This document shows positions 44,211 through 60,345 of a DNA stretch of 64,000 nt, piece by piece. Under the pieces are notes generated by a model. It saw only the letters and a list, made by a program, of their open reading frames with translations, ran no database searches and was not told where the DNA came from. This DNA is from the human T2T-CHM13v2.0 reference genome, Homo sapiens: assembly GCF_009914755.1 (NCBI RefSeq), contig NC_060929.1. One strand, given 5' to 3'. Position 1 is the stretch's first letter; each line of letters opens with the position of its first letter. Both the position numbers and the translations under genes were made by a program.

Positions 44211-47200
44211 TTCCTATATCGGTCTGCATCATTTGTGAGGGGGAGCTGACATACTATATATTGCATAAAAGTATCCTAATTTATTCAACTACTTATCTGT
44301 TTATAGAACTTTCTAATTTTTTGCTGTTAGAGAAAATGTTCTATAAATATGTTTATATATGGTTGTAAACATGTGCTGTAATAGTATTTATTTAGGGTAG
44401 ATTAAAAAGTACTTGCTCTGTCAAAGGGTACACATATATAAAATACTGACGAATACTGGCAAACTGTTCTCCCTTTACTCACTTGTGGGACAAGGCTTCT
44501 GTGGAGGATCACCCTTTCTCCATATTTGTTTCCAGTGCCATAATAGTGAAAAATCACCCCACTAAAGAGAATATTTTATTCCTAAGTGACCTAGTACCAT
44601 TTGGTTAATAAAGATTAAATGAGTGCTTCATGTAGTTAAGGAAAAAATATCCCTTTCTAGTTAGGGTAAAGATGATCAGCTATTTAGCTTTGTAAGAAAG
44701 CTGTGAAAAATAGAATAACATTGGAAAAAATGTTAATCTCCCTGGATTGCATGTTCTTATCCATATTTGGCAGAGTAAACTCAGAACCAGGCTCAGTTTC
44801 TAGTAAATGCTCATCGTAGATAACTAGTAAATGTTGGGGGTTATGTGCATACATTAATAGGAAGAAATTTTAGCTCAGGGGTCAAGTTTGGTCTCACATA
44901 AAATGCATAATGCTTCTACAAATCCAAACCTATCTGAGGTCATATATTTGTCAAATTGTCCTGTGCAGTACAATAAAGTAAATAGTTTAAAGCTGACCTA
45001 GTTATGCTTCTGGGTTCATAGTAACAAAAACACAAAACATGTTCTCTTAACTCTCAACTCTATGATTTCTTAGTGCAATTTTCACATTTCTTATTGAAAT
45101 CATGGAGAAGGCATATATCTTTATGCCCTTTGAAAATACTCTTTAAAATTCAATTTTATTAATGATAGCTTTGCCTTTCCTATTTGCAGAAATGCTTTTG
45201 GTTTACGTATAATACATGTGAAAGTTAGTTTCAAACTAATGCCATTGGCAAGTAAGAGAAAATTTAATAAAACATATGAATTGCAAAAATAACTTGATTT
45301 AATACAAATTACAGAATAATTTTTGAATGAATCACTTATAGGTATATCCCCAGGCACTATTAAACTCTACAGTGAGACTTATTCTCAGATGCATCTTCAT
45401 TCTTGGAAATTAAAGGCTACATTTCATTTTTTTCAACATAAATCAGAACTTAGGCAAAATTTATTGGCCTTCCCAGTTGCCAAAGTCTAACAGTGTCATT
45501 TCTATAAATTCACATAATGAAACTCTGTGATGCAGACTTCGGGTGCACAGTCTACATGAGCCAAAAATGAGAGAATTTGAATCCACATGATCAAAGGTCT
45601 AGTCAGCAAATAATCTCTATCCCCATCCCATAAAATAAATATTTGAATATTTTGAATTAGGAATACATTACTTTGGTCTTCTGCAAAGAAGTTGATTATT
45701 GGAGAACTGAAGATTAAGAATTATCATCTGATCTTTGGTTTATAATGCTGCTGACAATTTATTTTTCAATTTTAGTGAGAGGTACTTCTAGTGTTTCTGG
45801 ATGAAATAACTAGATTTTTTTTTTTTTTTGTAATGTGCTTTTTTCATTTGTTTGCTAAGTGAACAGAAATTGGCTACGTGGTGGACTGTAAATGCCCTTG
45901 ACGATAAGCAGTGCATTTGTCATAGTTTTATCGTGTTGTTTAGTTACAGATGAAGTCCCATGTTTCACATTATGTAAATCAAATAGTCATGTTGCAGGCT
46001 CATGCATCATGATATGATGTATTATATATTTAGAAAAATCACCCCAAATCCCTTTCCCCCTACATCTGAATATACTTTATACTTAGTGATTCTTGACCCT
46101 AAGGTGAAGATTTGATTTTATGTGGTTCTTTAATTTTTTGCATTGCCATTTTATTCAGTATCATCTGTTTTGGGTGTTTCCTTCTCCATTTGTTTGCTGG
46201 CAAAGGCAATTGAATAATAGAATTATTCATTATTTAATATAACTCCCCAGACTTCTTTCTCACTGCTCCTGAGACCCTTACCACGTTACAGAGGTGATAT
46301 GTTTTACCCACTTCTGTGCCTTTCAAGTAGAAGCCTATTTTATTTATCTCTGTTGTGTCCTTCCCCTTATTTAGTACATGGCATATTAGAGACGCTTAAT
46401 GTATCCCACAATATTCAGTTGTATAGGCAGTACACTACACAACAGTAGAGGGAGCCATTTATGTTGTGTATTATAAATGTGTCCATAGAATTATGCAGTA
46501 TACAACTTCTACCACCAGGCGTGGTGTTCTCATAAATATTTGATTTCTATAGTTTCCTATGTAGAGAAATGATATTTTGTCATTTATTTATAATAATAAT
46601 GCTAGAAAACCTTTCCATTCATCTTCATCTATAGTTATATTGAGACTCTGAATATGTTTTGCTGCCAGCAGAAATTATTTTCCTTTATCATTAGGATATT
46701 GTTTGTTTTGAGCCACAGAGACCAACTTTGCCTAAGTTGAGCAACAGAAGAAATAGTTGGCTTATTTTGATTCGATATTCTCAGAATCAAAGGAAGAACT
46801 GAAGAATCAGGCGTCAGGAAAGATAGCAAAGAGGAAAGCTCTAGGCATCTCATCTACTGAGTTTGGATGATTCAGAGCCATTCATATTTTACTATATTAT
46901 CTCTTTTCCATCCTCTGAAAACATGGGTTTCAATGTGGGGGGATAATCCTATGATTGGAAGCTGATGACTAGAATACACTGAAATACACTGACCAGAAAA
47001 TATGATGCAATAGAAGGTGATTTCCCAGTGGAAAGATGCTAGGGACTAGAGTTGGGGAAGGATAGGATTTACCTCAGGACTATGAAGGAACCATTTGGCT
47101 TCACAAAAACCTTCCATTATAACCCTGGGAATAAATGTTCTGATTGAGAGCAGCCTTGTCTTGCCCAGACTTACAAGGTTTCCTGTTTTGTATCTTGTAT

Positions 47201-47657
47201 ATTGAAGGGGATGGTGACTGCTTGGAAAAAGTAGTTGCATGCTGCTTACCATGGGAAAAGTTTAGGGTAGGACAGCTATAGTGATTGTGTTTTATGAGAT
47301 AAAATTTGGATGTATCTTCCCTCATTTATCTAGAGTTTTCCCTCTAATTTTGGTACATATTTTCAGAAAGATATATATATTTACAGTAAAAGTTATAAAT
47401 ATTAAAACTCCCAATACTGACAATCAAATTATTTACTTCATCAAAATTTATTTGCTTTCTTTCCTATTGACTTTTTAATAATTTACCAAAAAATGCATCT
47501 ACTTTTCAACATCCATTCTGTTGGGTCAGTAGACTTTTAAGGAGTATGGAAGCAACCTGATAGGATTATATCATCTATATACAAAAGAAGTGAAGATTAG
47601 TGTACCAAGTGCTAACAGCCATCTTTAAATTATCAAGAATGGATTAACTAGTTTTTG

Positions 47658-47994
<337 letters not shown>

Positions 47995-49699
47995 TGGATT
48001 AACTAGTTTTTGGATTTACTAGAATACAAAAATAATAGCATATTTGAGAAAAACACTAAAATTTGTACAAACTGATAAAAACATGTTATACTGTTTCTGT
48101 TGTCTGGAAATATACAGTAATCAGTAGACAGCACAGTGTAACATTACATTATGTCTACTGTGTTTTAGGGAAAACCTGCTCCCTTGCCAGTATAATGAGG
48201 TGAGCTTTACAGTGGGCAGCAGGCCTTCTTTAGAGCAAAGTTTCCTCTGGATGCATTATAAAGGCAAACAGAGGTAGGGGAAACATGGCCACTAAAACAA
48301 ACTAAAGCCAAGTATTTGAGGGTGGAGTTAATTAAGTAAGGAAAGAGAGAAGGGATAACATGCAAGCGGGCCTGAGTCTTTGCCTTGCTTAAGTCCTAAT
48401 GAAATACTGGAGAAGTGTTCTCAGCTAAGAGAACCACAGGAATAATACATCTTCCACTGATACTTCATGAAGCAATTCATGTGATAACCTATCATACTTG
48501 GATTATTTTTGTTATTTATAACTAGAGAATGGTAAATGTATTCCTAAATTTTGGGTGTGATTTAAATGAATTAAGTTTACATTAAGTTCATTTTGTGCCT
48601 TGTATTGAAAAGATATTATTTAAGGTTATGTTTTATCTTCTCTCTTTTAGCTCTACCTTTTCCACATTACTCTCGTAATTGAGTCTATATTTGTTTTGCA
48701 TAGTCATCTCTTTCAGAATTTGCCAGGAGAAACAGAGAACAATTTTAATAATTAATGTTGATATTAAAATACTTCATCCCTATCTTATACTCATGGCTAG
48801 CAACAAATATTTTTTTCTATCTCCAACCATTTGGAAGAAAAATAACAATATTGTAGTAATCACTTATTTTTTACAATAATTTATAAGTAAAATAATCCCC
48901 ACTTGTTGAAAGACATTTTTGAAAAACTATTAAATATCAACTGAACATCTTATTGAGACAGCTCTGCAGTCTTTTAAAGCATTTGGTGAAAGTAGCTGCA
49001 TGATATAAAATGTAATAATAAAAAAGGCCTATGGCTTGTTTCTATATATATTTAGACCTAATGCTAACAATAAACTAATGTATCATTTTACTGCACTTCA
49101 TTCCTATATGGTAGGTCACAGATTAAGTCCAGTTCTTTTAATTATGTGAGAATCTGGCTGTCTAGATAATCAGAAAATGTTCCCATTATGAACATCTATA
49201 AACCATAGCAAAAAATACAATAAGCGCACTTTCACTTGCACAGATGAGCCAAAAACAAAGCAAGTTCTGGCAACAAGTTTAGTAAGCAACTAAGGTAATG
49301 TGGTAGCTTCCCTGAGGGAGTTTTTTGAACTAAAAAAATCTAGGTTTTTATGTTTTAATGAGTCTGTGCCAAGTGGGGAAGTGGAACTGAAATGATTACA
49401 CACAACTAGAATTTGCAGATACTTAGATCCTTAATAAAAGTATGAACTGGTAAAAGTTCTGCCAGCAAGCACAGGTTGTGAACAAAGAAACATTCTGCCT
49501 CATCCATCACCCCAGGTTAGGACAAAAATGCTTCCTCTGGGTATTCATTACCATGAATCTGATTTCAAAATTGAAGCACTTAGTGAAAGCATATGCAAAA
49601 CTGCTCTGAAGGGACTCTCTTTCAACTTACACCATGAGGCAACCACACTTAACATCCCACTGACTGAGTTCATAATATAATTCCAAAATGACCAATGAT

Positions 49700-50220
49700 A
49701 ACATATTCCATTGTAAGAACCCAGAGGCATATTAAAGAAAAATAATTTTTAAAAAGTACTAACAGGGATTATAAAACAAGCATGTCCACCTAATTAAAAA
49801 AAATAAAAAATTTCAAAATATGAGAATAAGATGTTTTGGGGGAAAACAGTTGATTTGAAAACTGATGAAAATAAATGTTCTCAGGAAGAAATATGGAATA
49901 TGGTATGTATACTTAAAATTTCAATTTCTAAATTGAAGAGCAGATTAGATCCATCTGAAGAGAGCATTAGTGGATTGGATGATAGATCTGAGGGATTCTC
50001 CCAGCAGGCTACATAGAGTGGTTAAGAGATGCAAATACACAAAGGTGCCTGAGCACTACAGACATCAGAATGAGAAGAATTATCATATTCCTAAAGAAGT
50101 TCTAGGAGAATAGAATGGAATGTCGGAGGGATTAACTAAATAGATAATGGTAAGAATTTTTAAGGGTTCATGGATCTTTAAGTTGAAAATATACCAAGTA
50201 CCAAAGAAGATAAATAAAAA
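49700..50220 (+). mobile_element. Ancient L1M ORF1 relic; continues in pieces at about 51067-51640, 52110-52239 and 53876-54420
   Basis: ORF 49831..50016 (LKISISKLKSRLDPSEESISGLDDRSE) resembles the ORF1 coiled coil. Confidence 0.6.
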
Positions 50221-51048
50221 CATGAACAGACACTTCTCAAAAGAAGACATTTATGCAGCCAAAAAACACATGAAAAAATGCTCATCATCACTGGCCATCA
50301 GAGAAATGCAAATCAAAACCACAATGAGATACCATCTCACACCAGTTAGAATGGCAATCATTAAAAAGTCAGGCAACAACAGGTGCTGGAGAGGATGTGG
50401 AGAAATAAGAACACTTTTACACTGTTGGTGGGACTGTAAACTAGTTCAACCATTGTGGAAGTCAGTGTGGCGATTCCTCAGGGATCTAGAACTAGAAATA
50501 CCATCTGACCCAGCCATCCCATTACTGGGTATATACCCAAAGGACTATAAATCATGCTGCTATAAAGACACATGCACATGTATGTTTATTGCGGCACTAT
50601 TCACAATAGCAAAGACTTGGAACCAACCCAAATGTCCAACAATGATAGACTGGATTAAGAGAATGTGGCACATATACACCATGGAATACTATGCAGCCAT
50701 AAAAAATGATGAGTTCATGTCCTTTGTAGGGACATGGATGAAATTGGAAATCATCATTCTCAGTAAACTATCGCAAGAACAAAAAACCAAACACCGCATA
50801 TTCTCACTCACAGGTGGGAATTGAACAATGAGATCACATGGACACAGGAAGGGGAATATCACACTCTGGGGACTGTGGTGGGGTGGGGGCAGGCGGGAGG
50901 GATAGCATTGGGAGATATACCTAATGCTAGATGACGAGTTTGTGGGTGCAGCGCACCAGCATGGCACATGTATACATATGTAACTAACCTGCACAATGTG
51001 CACATGTACCCTAAAACTTAAAGTATAATAAAAAAAATTAAAAAAAAG
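50221..51048 (+). mobile_element. Young L1PA2-like 3' fragment (about 830 bp)
   Basis: Uninterrupted ORF2 C-terminus; 3' UTR characters gagatcacatgg, gggaatatcac, gcattggg, gctagatgacGAG; 18-bp TSD agaagataaataaaaaca at 50205 and 51049. Confidence 0.95.
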
Positions 51049-51643
51049 AGAAGATAAATAAAAACAAAATCAGTACCTTGACCCATCTTCGTGGGACTGT
51101 AGAATTATAAAGACGGAAAGAGTGTTAAAAAAGTAAGCAGAAAGCAAATGCATGAAAAAAAGGCAAAAACTGTAATCAGAGACTTCTAATCAATATTTAT
51201 GAATGCTGGAATAAAATGAAATGGTATCTTCAGTGTGTTGAGAGTCAATAAAGTTGACTTTATAACAACTCAGTTACTATTCAGTTATGAATACATGCAA
51301 AATAATAAAAATGAAAGCAAAAGAAAAAACAAGCAAAGTTTACCATTCATAGATAGATCCTCATTGGAAGAGATGCTGAAGAATGTACTTAAAGAAAAAG
51401 AATAGTGAGATGTCTAGAAAGTAAATTATAACTGAGAAAATAAATTGCTAAATAAATAGGCAAATTGCTACATAAGCCCTGATGGTTTTTAAAAGAAACC
51501 GTCTAATTTTAGATTTGAAAAATCAAGATGGAACCATAATTTCAGATTAAAAACACATGAAAAATTGAAGGGAGAGATTGGATTAAAAGAATGTTATATT
51601 CTTGCCTTTTTCAGGAGGAAGAGCTTTAGACATTCTAAGGATA

Positions 51644-52110
51644 TGTGGTAGGCAGGAAAAGTAACATCCCCTGCAAAGATGTTTATGCTCTAATTTCCAG
51701 AACCTGAAAATATGTTATCCCATATGGAAGAAATGACTGTGCAGATGTGATTGTATTAAGGATCTTGAGGGGGCGAGATTATCCTGGTGTGAGGAAAAGA
51801 GAGAGAGTGGAGAGTCAGAGAGGGTCATATGAGGATGGAAGCAGGGGGCAGAGTGATGCAATCGTTGACCTTGAAAATAGAAGGAGGCCCTCAGTCAAGA
51901 AACCTGGGTAGCCTCTGGAAGCTAGTGAAGGCAAGGAAACATATTCTCATCTAGAGCTTTCAGAGGGAACATGATACTGCTGACACATTGATTTTAGTGC
52001 AGTAAAGCCCATTTCAAAATTCGGGCCTTCAGACTGTAAGTTAAAGTTTTGTGTTGTTTTAAGTCACCATATTTATGGAATTTTTACAGCAGCAATAGAG
52101 AACAAATATA
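51644..52110 (+). mobile_element. MLT1D-like solo LTR
   Basis: tgtggtaggcagg...gactgtgcagatgtgatt..taaggatcttgag...acagcagcaatagagaacaaatata. Confidence 0.82.
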
Positions 52111-52234
52111 TCATACTTTAGAAAGTAAAAGGAATCATACATCAACCACAATTTAATGTTACTTTCAAAGTAGCCAAAAAAAGTGAGTGAAAAATAAAAG
52201 GAAGAAAGAGAAAAAGAAGAACAAAGAAATATAA

Positions 52235-53858
<1,624 letters not shown>

Positions 53859-54423
53859 AAAGAAATATAACTTGGTAAATAGAAATCATAAATAATAGAA
53901 ATCCAAACATATCAATAATAGAAAAGGATTAAATGCATTTAAAAGATATTATATAACTAGCTTTTAAAAATTTCACTATGTGTTCTTTATAAGAGACTCA
54001 GAGAAAATGGATGTTGAAAACAAAATGAAAGAGATAGGACAAGCAAATATTAGTGCAGTACTGTATATTAATATTTGTTAGTATCAGACACAATCCACCT
54101 TAGCAAAGTAAACATATAGATTTTACACAATAATAAAAATAATAGTTCAAAATAAACAAACTTAGAGACCGAGTACTTAATAAACAATAAACTTTGAGAT
54201 AAACAAATCAAAAATTAGAATCACAGGGAAACATCAAAAAATTATAAGCACAATGGAATTTTAACAGTCTTTTGTCAGTACAATGTAAAAATCAATCCAG
54301 TATTGATTATTCTACTTAACAATTGTATATCAGAGCTTTTAAGAGCTAAATGTAATGAGCATATATGGAACTGCACTCCAAAAAATTAAATATACATTTC
54401 TAATATGCAAGGAACATTTACCA

Positions 54424-55170
54424 ACACACACACACATACATATATCTATATATACATATACATGTATCCGTATATGTATATATGTATCTATATATACATA
54501 TACATGTATCTGTATATGTATGTATCTAGATATACATATACATGTATCTGTATATGTATCTAGATATACATATACATGTATATGTATCTCTAGATATACA
54601 TATACATGTATATGTATATCTAGATATACATATACATGTATATGTATATCTAGATATACATATACATGTATATGTATATCTAGATATACATATACATGTA
54701 TCTGTATATGTATGTATCTAGATATACATATACATGTATCTGTATATGTATGTATCTAGATATACATATACATGTATCTGTATATGTATGTATCTAGATA
54801 TACATATACATGTATCTGTATATGTATGTATCTAGATATACATATACATGTATCTGTATATGTATGTATCTAGATATACATATACATGTATCTGTATATG
54901 TATGTATCTAGATATACATATACATGTATCTGTATATGTATGTATCTAGATATACATATACATGTATCTGTATCTGTATGTATCTAGATATACATATACA
55001 TGTATCTGTATCTGTATGTATCTAGATATACATATACATGTATCTGTATCTGTATGTATCTAGATATACATATACATGTATCTATACATATCTGTATATA
55101 TATACATATACAGATACATCTATACATATATCTATATATACATATGTATACATATATAGATATATGTATT
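54424..55170. repeat. AT-rich minisatellite with 30-, 34- and 38-bp units
   Basis: 16 TCTAGA-marked units between 54525 and 55064; ten 38-bp units tagatatacatatacatgtatctgtat(a/c)tgtatgtatc at 54681-55060. Confidence 0.97.
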
Positions 55171-55499
55171 AACTCACAAATGCTGCTGATGAGCCAAGCA
55201 AGATGTGAATTGAAAGCTAACCATTATAAAGATCAATGTGACTTCATTGGTGAATAGGCAAAAGTATTGTGCTTAATTTTAAGTCATTTTTTTTATCATT
55301 TAGATACAGCTTTCAGATCCTGTAACAGAGAGGAAATTTTTTTAAAAGGATAATTTTACATTTCTCATTTATGTACACACAAAAAGCCTATTGTAATATT
55401 GTTTGTGATAGTAAAAATTGTATAGAACCTAAAAGCTTATTGCTAAGAAGTTGCTTATGTTATGATACACTAATAGCAGCAATAAAAAAAATCCCCAAC

Positions 55500-55795
55500 C
55501 AAAACATCACAACTAACTTTTTAGAGCTTACTTTGTGTGTGGCGCTGTTTTCAATACCTTATATGTGTTAATTCATGTCCCTTGCACAGTAACCTAAGTT
55601 TTTAAGGTTTTATACATGTTAAATCATTTAAATTGAACAATAAACCTAGGTGGTAGATATTATTACTACCTCTATCTTTATGATGAGGTGACAGAGGAAC
55701 AAGGTTAAATAATTTGCCTAAGATCACATAGCTAGTAAGAGGTAGATTAAAAGTTTTGCTTTCATATATTCTGCCCCCAAATCTCATAGCTCTTA
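55500..55795 (-). mobile_element. MIR
   Basis: aggttaaataatttgcctaagatcacatagctagtaagaggtag. Confidence 0.7.
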
Positions 55796-56435
55796 TTAAG
55801 GTCTATTAAATTTTGCTCTATGAAATCCTGAATAATTGATAACAACAGTGAAGCATTCTTAGGAATGCTAAGATATAATTTCAGATAAAGAGTAAAAATT
55901 ATAAAATATTATACATAGATCCCATTTATGTAAAATAATAATTTCCTTATACCATTAATAAAATGATTATCAGTCTTTTAAAAATTTTGCCAGTCTTATG
56001 ATAGAAAATATTATGTTGTTTTAGGTTGTATTTCTTACATTTAAATCTTTGATCTGGAAATAATTTTTGTGTTACATAAAGTAGGTATCTTCCAGTAATT
56101 TTTCAAATGGAAAGCCTTGTCCCAATACCAGATTTTTTGTAATAAAACAATAGAATACTGTAAAATTCAAAACAAGATGGGATCTTACTTTTGAAATATT
56201 GTCCATCATATGGGAACTGTCTAATGTCTGAGGATTAATTATATCATGTGCTATAAAATTTAATTAATCTTCCATATCTTAGAATTAAAAATTAATCTTA
56301 TTCACAGTTTTATTAGATTCTTGGAGATGACAGATGTGCTTCAATTAATCATATAACTATTAAAAATGAGTCACTTGATGTCTTGTTTGTACAAAATAAT
56401 TTATCTTTATTTCAGTTTTCTATTTTTCTTTCTAG

Positions 56436-56479
56436 GAAAGATTTCTGTGTGCACAAAGATGAACCATGTGATACTGTTG
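56436..56479 (+). CDS. ADAMTS19: ADAMTS19 short exon (44 nt, phase 2 to 1): (R)KDFCVHKDEPCDTV(G)
   Basis: Long polypyrimidine tract plus TAG ending at 56435, donor GTAAGT at 56480. Gives the conserved 'TR.D.C....PCDT.G' motif in frame with the previous exon. Confidence 0.95.
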
Positions 56480-58455
56480 GTAAGTGTGAAAATTCTCACA
56501 CTTTTGGAGTTCTGGAGAACTTGAACATATCACTTGTTTAAGTATAGGAAATTATTTGTGTTCTGGTTATAAAGGAATAACTTCAAAATGTCAGACATAC
56601 ATATTTTCTACCTATATGTTTAATCATTTGTCAGCACTTCAGTGTAAAAGACATGTATCAACTATATATATTGGAGACAATCTTTAAGTGATGCTTTAAG
56701 GCTATAATTAGTCCTTTTTTGTTATTTTCTCAGAGATACACACATGGGTTCAATAAAATTTTATTATTATTAATAACCAAAGACAAAATATATTAATGAC
56801 ATTATGTTTGACTAATTTGCAGGATAACAGATTATTTTTTGAGTTATGTATGCTTAAAGACCTTCGCAGACTGTGTCGAAATAAACTGCTAGATTCAGTA
56901 TGATTCTTCTTACATGAAGTGGCAAATTTTTCACCATTTGTATTAGATATCTAAAGTGCCTAAAACAGAACCAGATAGCCAACAGAATTCATGAAACCAC
57001 TGTTCTTCTAATTTTGAGAAAATGGTCACATATATGTTCATGTTTTAAAATGTATCTATATAAATATAAATGTATCTATCCAAAGATACCCCAGTCTTTA
57101 TATATAAATATATATATTTAATTTTAAGTTACATAGCTGTGTGTAACAATATATTATTGGTAAGGTTCATTTAAGAATTGTAATCTAATTTTGGCATATC
57201 ATGTAGGGTTCATTTCTACAGGATGAGCAGTATTTTAACTTGACCATTTTGTTGTGTCATTTGTTTTTTTATAAAGTGAATAATAAATAAAAGGGTGTAG
57301 AAACAGAACATAGGGATATTAGTATTTTAAAAGATAATTCTAACTAGTTCCATTAACCTAATTTTTCATCAACCTCCTCATATGTTTAAAATCTTAGATA
57401 ATGTAAGGATTTTTGACATGTATTATTCATAAAACTTATGATGGAAAGTAGTTATAATAATGTAAAGTGGATGATGATGGAATCAAGGGAATATTTGGTT
57501 CAGAAGGAATTGTCGGCATGAAAAGAGCTGGGCACCTAAGGAAAAGCGGAATTGATGTAGGGACCATCTTCCTACTGTTGACTCTCTTGCCTGCTTCCCC
57601 CAGTTTTCTTCTTTTCCTGTCTGAATCTCCAGAATTTAAAACTTTATATCTGGTTTTTGTTACCCTAACCATGGAAGCTTTTGATTACCAGTAAAGCTTG
57701 TCTCAAAATAATAACCTTTTCTTTCATGTAAGCAGCAATGTTGCCCCCAAAAGCCTTGTTTGATAGGGACAGCTCAACATCTTGCCTTGCTTGAGCACAT
57801 GTGAGAAATCAGCAACTCAGGCGCCATCTTCCATAGCTATACACACGAACTGACTCTTTATAGCCTGTAAGCAGCTACTAATAAGAAGAACCAATTTCTG
57901 TTTTGATGACAACAGAACTTCACATCTTGCTAAATCTGCTAATTCAAAATTGTGTGTATATTTGTGATATAGTATATGTAAATCTTATTTTCTAATTTAA
58001 AACACATTTGAATAATTGAGTACCTCAGTGTGTTCTGATAATCAGAGTATGTAAGATTTGGCAGGAAAGCAATTTATTGAATCTTTGGCTCTGTTTGTCC
58101 TGTTCATTAAGATCTTCAAATAAATCAGTTTTAAATATTACAGCATAGGGTGTGAAAAGTCCAGTGCCCTTCCTGAATTCTCTCTGTTTTGCTGATTCCT
58201 TAGGTTGTCATCAGCACCTCTGACATCACTAAAGCCTAGTTCTCCCTTCCGTATCTTATGGCAGATTTTTTTCCTTTAGCCCAAATATAGATGGGATCTT
58301 TCCCTATGCAGTCTTGACAGAGTAAAAATCTGAAATATTTCTTCAAGAGAGGTAAAATGAAAACTTATAACAACCAAGTCAAATTAATCTGTTTCACCCA
58401 AACCCCACAAAAACCTTCTTGTCACACTACCTATGCCTATGTCTGGAGTCATATA

Positions 58456-58783
58456 CAGTCAGCCTTCTGTATTATGGACTCCATCTCCATGGATTCAACC
58501 ACTTGTGGTTCAAAAATATTTTGTCTAAATAAAAATAAGAAGTAAAAATGCAGCGATAACAAAAAATGCAAATTAAAAGTAATATAGTATAACCACTATT
58601 TACATAGCACTTATCTTGTAAGTGCTAGGTATTATATTAGGTATTAAAGGTAATCTAGAGATGATTCGAAGTATAGGAGAGGATGTGCATAGGTTATAAT
58701 CAAATACCACTCCATCATATAAAAAGGAATTGAGCATCTATGGATTTTGGAACCAATCCCCCATGGATACAAAGGGATAACTG
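58456..58783 (-). mobile_element. MER2-like Tigger-family DNA transposon
   Basis: Flanking TA dinucleotides; termini cagtcagccttctgtat / atacaaagggataactg; internal taatctagagatgattcgaagtataggagaggatgtgcataggttat. Confidence 0.85.
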
Positions 58784-58899
58784 TATATTTATAAGATTTA
58801 TAAAGATATTTGTGAGACATATACATTGTGGTTGCCACCTCATCATCCATGCATCTACCACTGTGTAGCTGCAATGCTATGTTAGGAAAGGGTAGCCCT

Positions 58900-59330
58900 A
58901 TGGGGTTGGGTTATGATTAGTCTAGGCCTCTCATGGGGATTGTTTCAGGACCCTAGGCCTAAGCCAGTCAGCACATGCCATTGCCCTGGTTGAGACATAT
59001 GATCTATTCCCTATATTTGCCTCAACAAGCTGAAAAAGGTAGAATTTTTGATGGTTAGAGCTTGATCATATATGCCTCCACTGGATATAAAGAAGGAAGA
59101 ATGCAACCCTGATCACTATAATCAGGAAGGAAACCATCCTTAGGATGAATCTGACATCATATACTGCAGAATGAAGAGATGGAAGGTTTCTTTCTCCTGG
59201 ATGATATTGTTGAATCCTCCAACCCTGGAGCCCAGTCTAATGTTTGGGTTTCTGAATATGTGAGTCAGTATATCCTTATTACTAAGCCAGTTTAAGACTT
59301 TTACGTTACTTGTAGCCTAAGGCATAAAAA
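58900..59330 (+). mobile_element. Old MaLR (MLT1J/K-type) LTR fragment
   Basis: 3' end taagccagtttaagacttttacgttacttgtagcctaaggcat. Confidence 0.5.
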
Positions 59331-59899
59331 TCTTCCCTGATGTTCATATTTTCATTTACAGGGCAAGAAAAATATGGCGTAATATTAATAACCTCTCTAT
59401 TGTTATTAAGAGAAAATGCTGGTAAACTGCTCTGTGACTTGTTAAAAAATTAAATGAGCATATATATAGCTTATCAATCATCTTAACAGCTATCACTCTC
59501 TAGTAAAACAAAGCCAAAGTGATTTAGGGTTAATATCAATAAAATGTTTATTCGTACACATTTTAAAATCTCCTCATGTAATCCAAAGGGATATATTTTT
59601 TGACAGATGCTTTTAAGTCATTGTTTACTTCTTTTCTCTTTTATCTATAACCGACGTGAAGTCAGCCATTTTACTTTTTTTTTCTATAATGAAAATATGG
59701 AAAGAGGAAAGAGAAAGGGAAGAAGTGGATTTAGTATTTATTAGTTTGGATCATATAGGGTTGAATGATAACTTTAAGATGCTTCTCCCTATTCTCCTAG
59801 GTATAGTAAGAGGAAAGAACAGCACTTACAGGATTTGAATTTATATTATTAATGTGAGTTATAAATGGAGAGGAATGCTTGTATTTTCAAAGCAATGGT

Positions 59900-60345
59900 A
59901 AGATTTATGCTTTGCACTGTAATTCAAACAGTATTTTCATGGACATTATCTCATTTAATTCCCTCAAAATCTGAACTCCCTAGTTTTGTTATCATTATTA
60001 TTTTACAGATGAAGAAAGCCCTGAAAAACAAAAGGATCATAGATTTTGAAGTCAGATGTCTAGATTTAAATCAGGGCTATGCTACTTATTGACTATGTGA
60101 ATTTAGGCACACTAATATCTCGAAAGCTTGGATTCCTCACCTTTAAAATAGAGGCTACATCTTCTATCTCACAGAATGCTGTGAAACTGTGACAGTCGCA
60201 AAGCAGCTAGTTAACTGGCATTTTATCTACACCAGTTTCTATCACATCCTGTTATTCCCCATGGAGAGGTTACAGATTTTCCCAGAATCACTGATAGTAA
60301 ATGATAGTGCTAGACTCTACCTCAGATCTTCTGACTGTACTGTCA
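59900..60345. mobile_element. Cluster of MIR fragments in both orientations
   Basis: attttacagatgaagaaa (minus); ttgaagtcagatgtctagatttaaatc...cctcacctttaaaatag (plus); ttcccagaatcactgatagtaaatgatag (minus). Confidence 0.6.

Noticed and set aside
50147-50824. 225-aa ORF as a fusion gene
   Set aside because: Chance in-frame read-in from flanking DNA into the young L1 ORF2 C-terminus.
54355-54759. 134-aa ORF with YTYTCICISR repeats
   Set aside because: Translation of the minisatellite; no splice or coding evidence.
54525-55080. Regular 30-38 bp palindromic repeats as a CRISPR-like array
   Set aside because: No unique spacers and no cas genes; simple-sequence minisatellite in a mammalian intron.
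57467-57694. 75-aa ORF with a hydrophobic stretch
   Set aside because: Non-ATG start, no recognisable homology, and not needed for the ADAMTS frame.
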